From assembly GCA_012026655.1 (NCBI GenBank), contig JAAILG010000036.1, positions 1 through 64,000 of the forward strand: a DNA stretch of 64,000 nucleotides, written 5' to 3'. The position numbers and the translations under genes are program-made. This document shows positions 1-11,950 of the stretch, piece by piece. Source of the stretch: Hydrolagus affinis. Taxonomy: Eukaryota. Position 1 is the first letter of the stretch, and each line of letters opens with the position of its first letter. The notes under the pieces were generated by a model, which made no database searches, was not told the DNA's origin, and worked only from the letters and a program-made list of their open reading frames with translations.

Positions 1-135
1 CCTTCGTGTTTCACCCCCGCCCAAACACTCCCCTCCCAGCTCGGGTCACACTCCCCCTGTGCAGCGCCTTGGGACGTCCTCCCGACGTGAAAGGCGCTCT
101 ATAAATGTAATTTGTTGTTGTTGTTGTTGTTGTTG
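1..135 (+). mobile_element. L2 LINE 3' end with (TTG)n tail (continues off window)
   Basis: GCAGCGCCTTGGGACGTCCTCCCGACGTGAAAGGCGCTCTATAAATGTAATTTTG(TTG)n, the same tail as the L2 copies that carry RT C-terminal coding. Confidence 0.85.
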
Positions 136-225
136 CTTGATCGTAAAAGCGGCTTTAGCTAAAAAGTATTGCTATAATAATATGCATTTTTACAATAGCG
201 TAATCATGGCTGTATTACTGCCATG

Positions 226-957
226 TAACAACAACAACAAATTAGACTTAGAGAGCGCGTTTCACGTCGGGAGGACGTCCCAAGGCGCTGCACAGGAGGT
301 GTGTGACCCGAGCTGCGAGGGGAGTGTTCGGGAGGGGGTAAAAGATGTGGGGGAGGTTGAAAAATTAGGGGGGGAACAAAAGGCACGGTCGAAAAGGAAA
401 GTCTTCAAACCGGCCTTGAAAGAGTAAAGGGAAGAAACAAGGCGGAGGGATTGGGTGATGGAATTCCATAGGGTGGGAGCGGAGAAGCTGAAAGCCCGGC
501 CTCTGATGGTGGGGCGGTTCGGGCGGGGGGCTTGGAGCAAACCAAGTCCTGCTGAATGGAGGGTCCGGGTGGGCTTATAGGGGGAGAGTAAATCGGATAG
601 ATAGGGCGGGGCAAGGCCATGTAAGGCTTTCAAAACGAGGACAAGGATCTTGAACTCGATCCTCTGGGGGATGGGGAGCTAGTGGAGACGGGCGAGGGTG
701 GGGGTTATGTGGTCACGGAGGCGGGTACGGGATAGTACACGGGCTGCAGAGTTTTGGATGACCTGCAGCCTGTGAATGGAGGAGCTGGGGAGGCCGACAA
801 GGAGAGTTTCCGTAGTCCAGCCGTGAGGTGATGTACGCGTGCACGAGTGTTTCGGCTGAGTGGGGGGTGAGATAGTTGCGGAGCCTGGCAATTTTGTGCA
901 GGTGGAAATAAGCGGTGCCGGTCAAGGCACGGATGTGGGGGGGGAAGGAGAGTTTCT
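226..957 (-). mobile_element. 5'-truncated L2 LINE (ORF2 C-terminus, 3' UTR and tail), frameshifted
   Basis: Minus frames give LVHAYITSRLDYGN, LQVIQNSAARVL, KALHGLAPPYLSDLL, RAFSFSAPTLWNS and FKAGLKTFLF, typical of the L2 ORF2 C-terminus; (CAA)n tail at 226-240. Confidence 0.92.
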
Positions 958-959
958 GA

Positions 960-1198
960 TTTTGGTTATTACTGGTAATGTACTGGCAGACTTTGAATAT
1001 AATGGAGTCTAAGTTGTAATCCTTCTTACCGGATTTCCTCTGCCAACTTGTGCCTAAACTCTTCAGGATTGGGTAAGCAGCGTGAGAGTGTTTGTCCATA
1101 ATAGACAAATGAAAACCATGCATACACGAGGCTCTCAGAAGTTCAGCCTATATGATTTTTAAGTTTCTGCATGTGTCAGACACCAGGCTGATCAAAAA
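960..1198 (+). mobile_element. 3' fragment of RTE-like LINE (same family as 19600-22750)
   Basis: GTTTCTGCATGTGTCAGACACCAGGCTGATCAAAAA matches 22711-22750; TGTGCCTAAA...GGTAAGCAG matches 21887-21920. Confidence 0.6.
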
Positions 1199-1949
1199 GG
1201 AGCATGCAATAACTGCTCGATCTCAAGTGAGAATAAGTTCAAACAGGCTTTTATTTGTCGGAACTGAATTCTACAGTCACTGCAGGGCAAATAAACCCCT
1301 TTAATTTTTAACCCAACACAATTGTGGGGTATTGCAGAATAAAACTAATATGTTCCACCTGTCCAGATGAATCTGTTTTGCAATTCTATAACACGTTAAC
1401 TTGTTTTAAAGACAGCTTTCATCCCAGTTTAGATATTTCTAATAATTCTAGTAATATTTAGGGTATTTTGTATGTACAGCGTTTTTTTTAAATCAACTTT
1501 TTGGGGGGTATCTTTGCTGTTGGAGAGAGCAAATCAAAGCAAGTCTCAGAATAATCAAAATGATAGTATTGGTTGGGCAGTGAAAATAGCAGGATGAATG
1601 CACCATGTCTTTATATTCTCTTTGATCTTTTCCACTGTACATATTTCTAACCTAATGGGCAATTACACTAATTCTAGTTTTGGATTTGCAGGATTGGACC
1701 AGATCTTTTTCTTTAAATTATCACTGATTTCTTCAGGCAGACTGGACCAAAGATTTCAGTCTGGTCCCGGATCTTAACCGATATCTTACTGACCAGCTAC
1801 AACTGTCATGCATTGAAACATTCCATTCGTTCTAAAGAATCCACTCCATGTTTTGCATCTATCACTGCCACAGTCTAATCAAGGACTCCACAGGTAGGCT
1901 GAAGACAGCAGGAAAGCAGTACCTGCCTAAGTAGCTGTCTAGAACCAGT

Positions 1950-2310
1950 GAGAAACAAACTGACAGAACATGGATAGGAAATACAGAGAACTGTGCTTTA
2001 GTTGAAAGGGGAATAGGCATGTGGAACAAACTACCAGCACAGGTGGTGGAACAAGAAACTACAAAGGTTTCAGGAAGCAAGTAGACAAGTTCCTATCAGC
2101 TAACAAAATCCAGGGTTTAGATTTAGTGATTGATGCATTGCACGGATTATGGGAAATTGGATCTCTAGTTAGATGAGCAACTGAAACCGAGACAGGGAGC
2201 AGATAGGAGAGTGGGGTTAGACTGAGCGATTCATGGCAAGAAAATCAGCAGCTGACGGGCTTACTATCCCAACTGTCCTGTTTCTGTGCTGTAACATTCA
2301 ATGATTCTCT
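1950..2310 (+). mobile_element. Degraded CR1 LINE 3' end
   Basis: WNKLPAQVVE-like coding and the CR1 tail CCTGTTTCTGTGCTGTAACATTCAATGATTCT. Confidence 0.65.
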
Positions 2311-2619
2311 GCACCTGCCTGAAGGGGTTATTGTGCTATGTATACATCCAATGCCCTTGAGAATCTTAGCAGCTACACTAGTGTGGCTTTGGTTTTATTC
2401 AAAACAACCAATCGACTCAGACAAGGTATTACCATTCAAGATTACCTATTTTTTTCTGGGATGTGGCACTGGCAACAATTATTGCCTGTTCCTCCTTTTC
2501 ACTTAGATCAGCAGTGATTGGTTAACAGGCCCCCATAACATGACTGTGTGCGACATTCACCTACAGTCACTACATTTCACAGTAAATCCTGTAAGAGACA
2601 GACGGTGGTGATGAGCTTT

Positions 2620-2925
2620 CTATGTATTTGTTCAGGTGGATATTAAAGATCTGGTGGCACTATTCAAAAAGAGAAGGGAGTTTCTTCCAGTGTGCTGGTC
2701 AGCATTCCCTTAAAATTCATGTGGAAATTTAGGCTTAAATAAAATTCTTCATTCACATCATGGCTGTTGATGGGACAATGTTGTGCACAAATTAGATATT
2801 TGCCTAGAAATGTCACAGTTACTTCATTTCATAGTACAGTACTGTATCTTTAATATCCATCTGAAGAATACATAGAAAGCTTTGAGATAACCTCTTGATA
2901 TGAAAGATACAATCATTATTATTAA
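2620..2925 (+). mobile_element. Old Deu-domain SINE (AmnSINE1/SacSINE1-like)
   Basis: TCAGGTGGATATTAAAGATCTGGTGGCACTATTCAAAAAGAGAAGGGAG resembles the Deu domain, followed by a degenerate L2-like tail. Confidence 0.65.
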
Positions 2926-3939
2926 TATTGTTGTTTAAATTAATGCAGTCCTTGTGGCAATGCTGCCCTCACAATGTTATTAGTTAGCAGTAATCATGAA
3001 TGAATGGACTATTCTGCTCATCTTATCACAGGGAGACATCATATTTAATGACTTCCCTCTCAACATCAACTAGGTTGGGGTCTGAATGTAGTAGGTGTGA
3101 GAAGGTTAGGTGGAGTGGAGAAGAGTAAGGAGGGAATCAAGTCCACATCCTTCTACTCTTCATATTGAACCTTGCAACTCCAGCACTCAATGCCTTCACA
3201 TCATGCTTAGTTCATAATTGTAAACAAGTGTTATTTTGTCTGGTGGTGCAGTGATGCTTCCTGTACTGACTGATTCAAGTCCGGTGCTAGTCTGGCACTG
3301 CAATGGAAATCCGGAGCATGACTGATGTTTCTCTTGCCTCAACAAACTTCTCTGTCGTTCATACAAAACTAAAATGTCCAGGAATTCTCCACTGAGGGGC
3401 GCATCAGAGGAAATGTGATTAGCTGGTGGAGCTCTGCAGCTAACGATTCTGATGCTGACACTTGTAAGAGGGCAATATTTTGTATTATGATCAAACCCAG
3501 CTCAAAGGGCAAGATCATCAAAGTCTGTGTTTTTTCTGGCACATGAAATAGTTTCGCCTCTTGAAGGAATTTGATTGGTTATAGAATGTGTTCAGGTGCC
3601 TGGAGCAGCAAACCTTTTCTCCTGGTGAGTTTCATGAACTGATCTGCAAAACAGTATTGGCCAGAGACCCATGGAGTATCAGCATCCCATATGGCAGATC
3701 TTCAAAATAAAAGTCTGAAACGGATAATGAAGTTGATGTAGTGGTGTCTACACTAATATTAATATGCACTTACAATTGAGAATCACAATCCCATCTACAA
3801 AAAATCTACATTTTATAAATCATTCTACCATATTAAAAACATATAGAGAAAAATAAATAGCTACTGTAATAATAATATTTGCATTTGACATACAATATAT
3901 TATGTACATATATAATTTTAAATTGCCACAAAACATTTC

Positions 3940-4075
3940 ACATGAATTAGCCGTAAACTGTAGTAACTGTGAATTTGTATGAGAACATGGCAGCCAATTT
4001 GCACACAGCAATCCCCAGCAAACAGCCTGATGAACAGTTGACTATCGGGTCTGGAGGATTGTTGCCAGGATACTG
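3940..4075 (-). mobile_element. Deu-SINE 3' fragment
   Basis: ATGGCAGCCAATTTGCACACAGCAATCCC..CAAACAGC is the reverse complement of the Deu-SINE 3' region. Confidence 0.6.
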
Positions 4076-6112
4076 CAAACGTCTACTAACTTCTACTTCT
4101 AAATTAGGAGAGGTGATAAGGGACGCACATGCTGATTACCCAAATTAGAAAATGGAAATCTCACTAATAAACAAGTAACCATAGGAATTTTAGGGATCCA
4201 GAGGTGATAGATTTCTACCACAAGTCTCTTTAAGTTCCATTTACAATGTCATTTAAAAACATTCCCATTAGTTTCTGCACTCGCTCTCTGTCACCAGTAG
4301 AGCAATTTGAAGCAATTTATTTTTGTAATTTGAGAAATATTTTCAGTTAATTTAATTTGTGCTTTTTCTTCATTTCAGTTTCATGCTGTGGAGTTTTTTT
4401 TGCATGAAATTAAATAGAATGAAGAAGCGTTTCCATGAAATTTGTTTTCCGTAAAACACCAGGATCGCAACACTTCCAGGGAGTGACATTTTTTCCGATT
4501 TACAACGCGTAAGAAGTTCAATTTCTTTGCAGTGTTGTTGTCACTCCTTCATGTACAAAGTTAAAACTTTTATTGAAACTGTTGTGAAGTAGCATAACTT
4601 CAGGTACCCAGGAATCAGCCAGAAGCATCAAAGGAACCTGCTGACAAATGCTTCTTAAAGGGGCCTGTCAAATCCAAACCTTTTGCTCTTCCCTCGAGGC
4701 ACCGTCACACACATTCTGCTTATTAATCTCATGTGCTGACACAGAGGAGCAGCACATAATACTTTGAGACCAGAACTAGAATCCATGAAATGCTGTTTCC
4801 AAATTTCCAATTTACAACTGACATTTACTTTGGATCTAAAAATTCATTTTTTTGTGAAAGCAAGTTCCTCCTCCCCCACTTCCCTCATCCCCATTCCATT
4901 GCTCCCCCAATTCCCAATCCCCTTCAGGCACCCCTGTCTCTATTGGGTTCTACTCCCTCCCCTGCCCAGGCTTCTCTCTATCTCTCCCTCTCTCTCTCAT
5001 GGAGTTGTAACATTTTCCTGCAGCTGAGCTGAAGAGCTTTATCTCTGCGTTGATACAGTAATAATATAGCAATGGAGTTTGCACAGTGGGGGTGAGGAAG
5101 TAAAGGGCTTGTTAATAAATTAAAGTGTCACGCTATGGCTGGTTGGACCTTTCAAAAAGTTGCCAATATGAAACCTACTGTTTGGAACCCTATTCTTAGC
5201 CTTTCAATACTACAAACAACTCTCCATAACTACCTTTGCAAAGGCCTCAAAACAAACTTCTCTTTTTTCCAGATAGTTTCTGAGAGATAGAAAAGCTAAG
5301 CGTAGCGTCAATTGTCTACCTATCGGCGTTATCACTTGATATTTCGCCGCCGATTACACATGTCTGCAATGTCGCTACAATTAGCAAAAATGGAAATGTT
5401 GGACCCTTTGTTGTTTAAGCCCTGCAGATTTATAGGTGTATAGGTGATTTAGTCTAACATCAAAATGTATCAAATATCACTGATGCAGTGGATTTTGTTT
5501 TAAATTTAAAGCTGTCATATATCACAGAAAGCCCCAAGGGAAGGCCAAAGCTCTTTGACTGGCTTTTCTCTGAGCACGTAGAAATGTTTGATCTCAAGAT
5601 TCTCAACAACTCGAGCTTGACAGCTGTCATGCATTGAGAAATTTGCCAGTATTGTTTCATTGAGTTTTGATTGCAAAGTGAGTTTTGCTTGATGGATGTT
5701 TTTTGGAGATGGAAGCAACTGATTTTACTGATGAATATATCAGGGGGTAAATATGTGACTTTTGCAATGCATTCAGTGGTGATAGTTTCACCCTGCTGTC
5801 TCCAGTTTGGGTAAGTATTGTATTATAGCATCCAAGAGCTATTTAGGAATGTGGGGTGAGCATATCAACTATATTATTGTTTCTACCTTCATTAACCTTA
5901 TTTGGATGAGCTTCTTCAGGCAATGCTTTGGTATCAGTGAATCATCATAAGTTCAATTTTTTGATTGTTATTTACATAGGGTTCTAAATGAGATAAGAGA
6001 AAGTAAATCCAGAACAATACTTCCAAATACTTCAAGGCAGGAAGAAAAAAGGGTTGTGAAGAGCAATTTTAAGACATGCACCAGGAAGGATTTCTTGTAT
6101 GGAGTCCAATGA

Positions 6113-6512
6113 TAATAATCCTTGCATTTTGGTACAGCACCTTTTCAATCAGGAGAACATCTCACAGCATGTAATATACTTATACTGTAATGTTCAAGTT
6201 ACTGTATATTTATAGGTGAACGAGATAGCCTATTTGCACACAACAATAGACCACAAACAGTCATGAAGTAAATTATCAATTTTATTTAAGGAATTGGTGG
6301 TCTGGAAACCGGGAGAAACTTATTTTTTCCGAATAGTGCCATATGACCTTTAACATCCAGCTGAACAGGTAAGTGGGACCTCAATTTTAATGTTTTAGCT
6401 GAGGAAGGCACCTCCAACAATGTAGTACATCCCCAGCACTGCATTGGAGTGGTAATCTAGGCTATAAATTCCAAGTCCCTATGTGGGGTGCTACTAACTG
6501 TACCAAGCTGAC
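6113..6512 (-). mobile_element. Old Deu-domain SINE, near full length
   Basis: Tail AATAATAATCCTTGCATTT, Deu domain GAATAGTGCCATATGACCTTTAACATCCAGCTGA, and head remnant TGCTACTAACTG. Confidence 0.65.
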
Positions 6513-8373
6513 ACAGAGCACAAGTTCACAGAGTTTTGTTGACAGTTGGAGTAGGTCACTAGGAAGGGTTGTAGAGACAGGATACATTGAAGAAGCAGCC
6601 TAAAGTTATAAATGGAAGATAGGATAGTTATTCAAGAAATAAGAGGTAAAATGGGTTTAAGAGCCTTCTTCATCTGGATCTCTCTTATGATGTGATCAAA
6701 ATGTGAAGTGATGTCAGAAAAAAATTGGTTGTCAGGGAACAAGAAATGAGCCCTGGAAAGTTTCAATAGAATTCTTAAGGTTAGAAAGAGGCAGCTGTTT
6801 CAGTAAGCATTTCTGATGGGCTGATTTATTTTGTATCCAATTTGATTTGTGCTGTAGTTATGGGACTATAGAAAAGCTACTATTAATACAATAAGGAGCT
6901 ACGCTATTAGAATTAAGCAGCAGAGAGGAAGCTGTTCCTAGTAGTGGCTAGCACCAGAGAAAGAAATTCTCTGAGGAACTATGAAGGCTGCTACATTGAT
7001 TGCCGCAAGGTAGAAATTAATTTTAAATAGTAATCTTTGCATTTGATATAGCGCCCTTCATGTCGAGAAGACAATACAAAACTCGTCATTAGAATTTTAC
7101 CATAAAGTGTAAAGTGAATGTGTGTTTTTTGTAAGGAAGAATCCAGTGATAGTAAGGGACATGAGAGCCTTTGGGGAATTGAACCTAAACCTTCTGTGAC
7201 AAAGGTCAGCAAGAAATTCCTGATGGTTTTCAGTGGGAACAAATTCCGGGGCCTTGTATATGCAAAACTGGGCCTTGTGCAACTTTCCAGTCTATTTAAA
7301 TGGTTTTTGCTACAGGCACTGGACATGAAGAATCCTTTTCTGTCCATTGCATTTTTATTCATTTGTATTCGTTGGACATTTTTAAAGTGATTCAACTTTC
7401 AGAAGGGAAAATTCACTAACTGTTGCATTGTTCTTCAACGGTATAACATTTTAATATTCTGGATTCAATTCCAAAAGACCCCATAAAAAAACAAATCTAT
7501 GTAATTTTATTGCAAACTGTCCATTTGAATCTGAAGTGATTTCAGCCTTAAGACCTCCTAGAAACTATCTCTGTTACTCTGCTGCATTATCCAGACATCC
7601 CACTAGGCTGAGTACAAAAAAATCTTTCGCAGCCTTGGGGAGGGAATTTCCAGTGTTCCCTTATATGTAACACACAAGTATCAGGTGAGCAATTTTTTTC
7701 TACCTTCATGAAGTATTTATTTGGTTACATTCTGTCACAAAAAGTTAGACTCAGGAAGCCCTTCAAGCATCTAGTCATTGTTTACCTGGACAAATATAAC
7801 TCATGGATTTAATCAAGTGGATCACTGTGTGGGAACCGGGTGCCACAGTATTAGCTGGGATACCGTCCTTTCCTTGCTGCGTCCTGGCTTGAATTCTGCA
7901 GCCACTGGCTTGGATGTCTCCTCTCTACAGGAGTACCAAGTGAAATGTATTTACGGAGTCTTGTTCCAAATCTCAAAGTTATCAGCACTCTTGCTTTGAG
8001 TAGTTGCGGCAGGGCTGGTGTGGGAATTGAAAGCATTTGCACTGATGCGGTGAGTGTTCCAATATACTCTGAGCTTGTGGTTCAATCACATTGCTGAGGT
8101 AGGGAGCTGAACTCTGCATGTGGCCCCACACTTTACCTGACCTGAGAGCGCTTGATACTGACCCTGGCTACAGAAGTGTTCCATTCATCGGCACAGACAT
8201 CCCACACTGTGGGAGCAGCAACAAAATACTAAAAATAAAGAAACCTGGAACATTCTGTGATTTGAATAACTAACCAGATTTTACAGCAGCTGTTTTGCCA
8301 ACTGAAGTGAACAGAATGTGTTAAACTAATGATAAATGTTTTTTTAAAAAAGGCTGTAACAAAAAACCTTCTA

Positions 8374-8569
8374 CAGTAAAAGCCCATTTATCCAGCACCC
8401 TCGGGATCTGGCCAATGCCGGTTAAAGCAAGTACCAGATATTCGGCCGAAAACACCAAATAAAAGCATTTTTCTGGATAAATTCCGGTTAATCAAATGCA
8501 GACTTTTTTTGAGGTGCCGGTTATATGGAAGTTACGGTTGATCGGGTGACGATAAACGGGCTTTTACTG
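8374..8569. mobile_element. Tigger/pogo-like MITE (196 bp)
   Basis: TIRs CAGTAAAAGCCCATTTATC / GATAAACGGGCTTTTACTG, with TA target duplications at 8372-8373 and 8570-8571. Confidence 0.9.
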
Positions 8570-9029
8570 TATTTTCCATTTGAAATCCAAACCATATTAA
8601 ATTCCAAGTGGAAGTAAAACATGAATGAAAAGAAACTACAGTAATTAAATTTTAAAAATGGAACCAACAAAAGTGAAAGAAAGTACAGAGCTGTTTCACA
8701 GATAGATGTAGGCTTCAAATGTCCAGTCCAACTCCCCTCTGTTCTCCTCCCTCTTCTCATTGAATATGTTCTATAGGTCTCTATAGTACTATTTCAGCAC
8801 AAATCAGATTAATTATTTAAATATTAGAACACTAGTGTGAATTACTAATGTTATGCAGTCACACTCCATGCACTTCACAATTATCATCTTTATATATCCA
8901 TTGACTATTTTTTCACAGATATTGCCAATATTTGAAAAATTAACTTTATAGTATATTCTGAAGCACATTGAACATCTCGAAGATGTGATAAGGTGTTATT
9001 TCAAACAAAAGGATTGCTATTATTTGTGT

Positions 9030-9350
9030 ATTTGTGTAGGTGAATGCAGCTGCCAGTTTTCACACAACAAAGGCTGACAAACAGCCATGAAGTGAATGAC
9101 TAATTACATTTGGGAGATTGTTGATAAAGGACTCCAGGAGAAACTGCCTCTTTGTTATCGGTGCCATGAGATCTTTAAGGTCCACTGGGCAGGCAGGACC
9201 TTAGTTTAACATGCCATCCGAAGCACGGCGCTTCCAACAACGCAGCACATCCCCACCACTGCATTGGAGTATCACCATATAAGTTGTGTCAAATTCCCAA
9301 CATGGGGCCTGACTCAGAGACGAGAATGCTACCAACTGAGTCAAGCTAAC
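9030..9350 (-). mobile_element. Old Deu-domain SINE
   Basis: GTGCCATGAGATCTTTAAGGTCCACT (Deu domain) and CTGACTCAGAGACGAGAATGCTACCAACTGAG (tRNA-like head), both reverse complement. Confidence 0.7.
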
Positions 9351-11159
9351 ACCTGGCTCACATAAATCCTCACACAGACCATTTAGAATGTACTTTTTGT
9401 GCTTCATTTGTTTTAATGTCTTTAGGTTCTAATTGATAGAACCTTGTGCATTTTTGAAAAACAATATTAATCCATGCATTTAAAATTATTTGAGATGACA
9501 ATATATTGAGCCTTGCATTGGATATAGTGCCATATTACATTGTTGAGACGTCTCACAGGAGTTTACTGTGAAGTGTTGTGGCCATACACCTGCAGGCAAA
9601 TGTGGCAGCATTCTGAAAGAGTTAAAGGGTCTGATGTAAAAGCTGTTGAGTCTCATTCTGCTTCACAGTGGACATTAACAACCCACAGCATGGAACTACC
9701 TTCATGTTTGCCCTGATTAATGTTACTTTGCTTTTTATATCAAGAAGAATCTTCCTTCACAGGACACAGGAAACCTTCTTCCCACCAATGTGTAACCTTG
9801 CTGGGATACCAAAAGCACAGTGGTGACAGTGGTTAGAGTTCCATTTACATGATCATTTGCCAAGAGCACTTATGCCATAATTAATCTAGCCTGATCATCC
9901 TGTGTTCTCTTGCAAAGGCTCAGAATGACAGGGTAGCTGACCAGCTGTTCTCTCTGAAATGGGCAATGAGCCCAAGAATCTTTAATTGTGCACCTTCTGT
10001 TCTGTAGTTAAAATTATTGTGGGAAGCAATGATTATTAGGCAATTATAGACCATATTTTTGCAGACAAGTATTTGGGCTCCTCGGTTACCATTTTGAGGT
10101 GGTACAGTGAGCTCTGGTTTGTACTATTTACATTTCACTTGACAGTTGCATCTGAAATGATTTTATAGTTTACTCCATTCATACCTATTTTGCAAAATAG
10201 GTAACCTTAGGCTGTTTGTAATAAAATATGTAAGATATACTGAAGGATTTTTTAATGTGGTTAACAAAGAAGAGAAACATTTGTAGCATTTCATAATGTA
10301 TTGGGTGTGATAATTAACACTGAATATATTTTAAAATGCTGTAAATTTCACCCATTAAATCCAACAATGATGTATTGTAGCGCATTATCAGGGGATATTT
10401 GTACCTGTACCAACACACAGCAACATCACACTGTCATATTTAATACTTGCCTTTATATATAGGGTAGGGCACAGGTGAAAGCCCGTTTGTTACAAGGTAC
10501 ATCTCAGAGCTTGGATGACATGAACACTTCAGCAAAGAACGAAAGAGAAAAGGCATATTGAATGCTTTCTTTCCACATAAACCACATAAGCTTAAATTGT
10601 TTACGAGTCACCTGAATTCCTGAGATATGTATCAGCCTCATAAAATGTCTGATATGTGCTGAAAATCAGTAACTGAATTAATTGAATTTACTGATAATAG
10701 ATAGCTACTGCTTATCATGTGACACAAAGTGAAATTATACAGTATTGTATCACAAGGCTCTTATGACCTGGTTACACTGCAGCAAACAGTCACAGTTATA
10801 TTATCTGTCATGTTGCTTTTGAGTGGCAGAAGGCAGAGTTCCATGAACGTGGTGATGAATAAATATGCTACTGTTTTACTTCATTATATACAAACTATAA
10901 TAGCTCCACATTCTGGTCTCCACATTCCAATGATTTGATGGTATTTTCAGAACTTTATACCCAGACATTAAATAGGTTCAGTAAAGTTCAAGATAGGGCA
11001 TATGCACTTAATTGTTCTCAATAGCTTTCAACCCCTTGGGAATGTGCTATAATGCATCAATAATCCTTTCATTGCTGTATCTATTTTGTTGTCCATACAT
11101 CAAGTGTCAGCCATCAATTTCTGGAAGAGCTTTAACTTCAGCTGAAACTCAACAAAGCT

Positions 11160-11950
11160 CTCCCTCTTGTCTCTTGCAGCACCTTTTTGCCTCTGGTTCT
11201 GATTCGATTAACCTCCATTGTTACTCACTACAGCTCGATAACAAACCTTGGAGTTTTGCTTGACCCTCAGCTCTGCTTCAAAATCAATATCCAGTCCATT
11301 GCCAGACCGTGATTCCCATCAAAATCTGCTCTACTATTGGTTTGAACTCCTAAAGCTCCCCAGGCGCTTCCTCACTCTTTAAACTCGTGCACAACTTAGG
11401 CGTCAGGTTCAATCCTCAGCTATCCTTTCTACCCATTCTTTATTTATGTTTATTTATTTACATTTGTTTGTTTATATTCTTTATTTTATGTGAAAAGCAC
11501 TATCAAATGTCAGTATTATTATTTTTAACCACTGTCACATTGCCCGCCTCCATCTGTACCTCATAAGCAGACAAAACCCTTGTCCACGCCTTTGTCACTC
11601 CCCAGCTGAACTATTCCAATGCCTTCCTCGTTGATCTTTCAGCTCCAACATATGCAAAATTCAACTAATTCAGAACTATGTCTCCCAGATACTCATCTGT
11701 ACAAAACTCTGTACCTGCATCACACCAGTTCTTGCCAGGCTCCACCATTTCCTAATTACTGAATGGATCAATTTCACTATGCTCTGAAACTCTGGAACTC
11801 TCTGCTTGAATACCTGCACAATGCCTCCTCCCTCTCCACTTTCAAATCCCGCCTGTAGACCTTTTTGATCATGCTCATGATCATTCGCTCACTCCCTCTC
11901 CATTTGGTTCGATGTCAGACTCCACACATGTAAAGTGCTCTGAGACACCC
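11160..11950 (+). mobile_element. Degraded L2 LINE fragments (at least two pieces)
   Basis: NLGV..DPQL(C/S)F-like coding occurs twice, plus TLVHAFVTPQLNYSNAFL, LWNSL and a tail remnant. Confidence 0.7.

Noticed and set aside
59-427. ORF with poly-Cys run
   Set aside because: Translation of the (TTG)n L2 tail and the antisense of a neighbouring L2.
1653-1668. Exact 16-mer TAATGGGCAATTACAC repeated at 45971-45986
   Set aside because: One 16-bp match among about 2e9 position pairs versus 4^16 (about 4e9) is expected by chance, more so in AT-rich DNA.
6991-7395. 134-aa and overlapping 90-aa ORFs
   Set aside because: No recognisable domain, overlaps a SINE tail, no convincing exon context.
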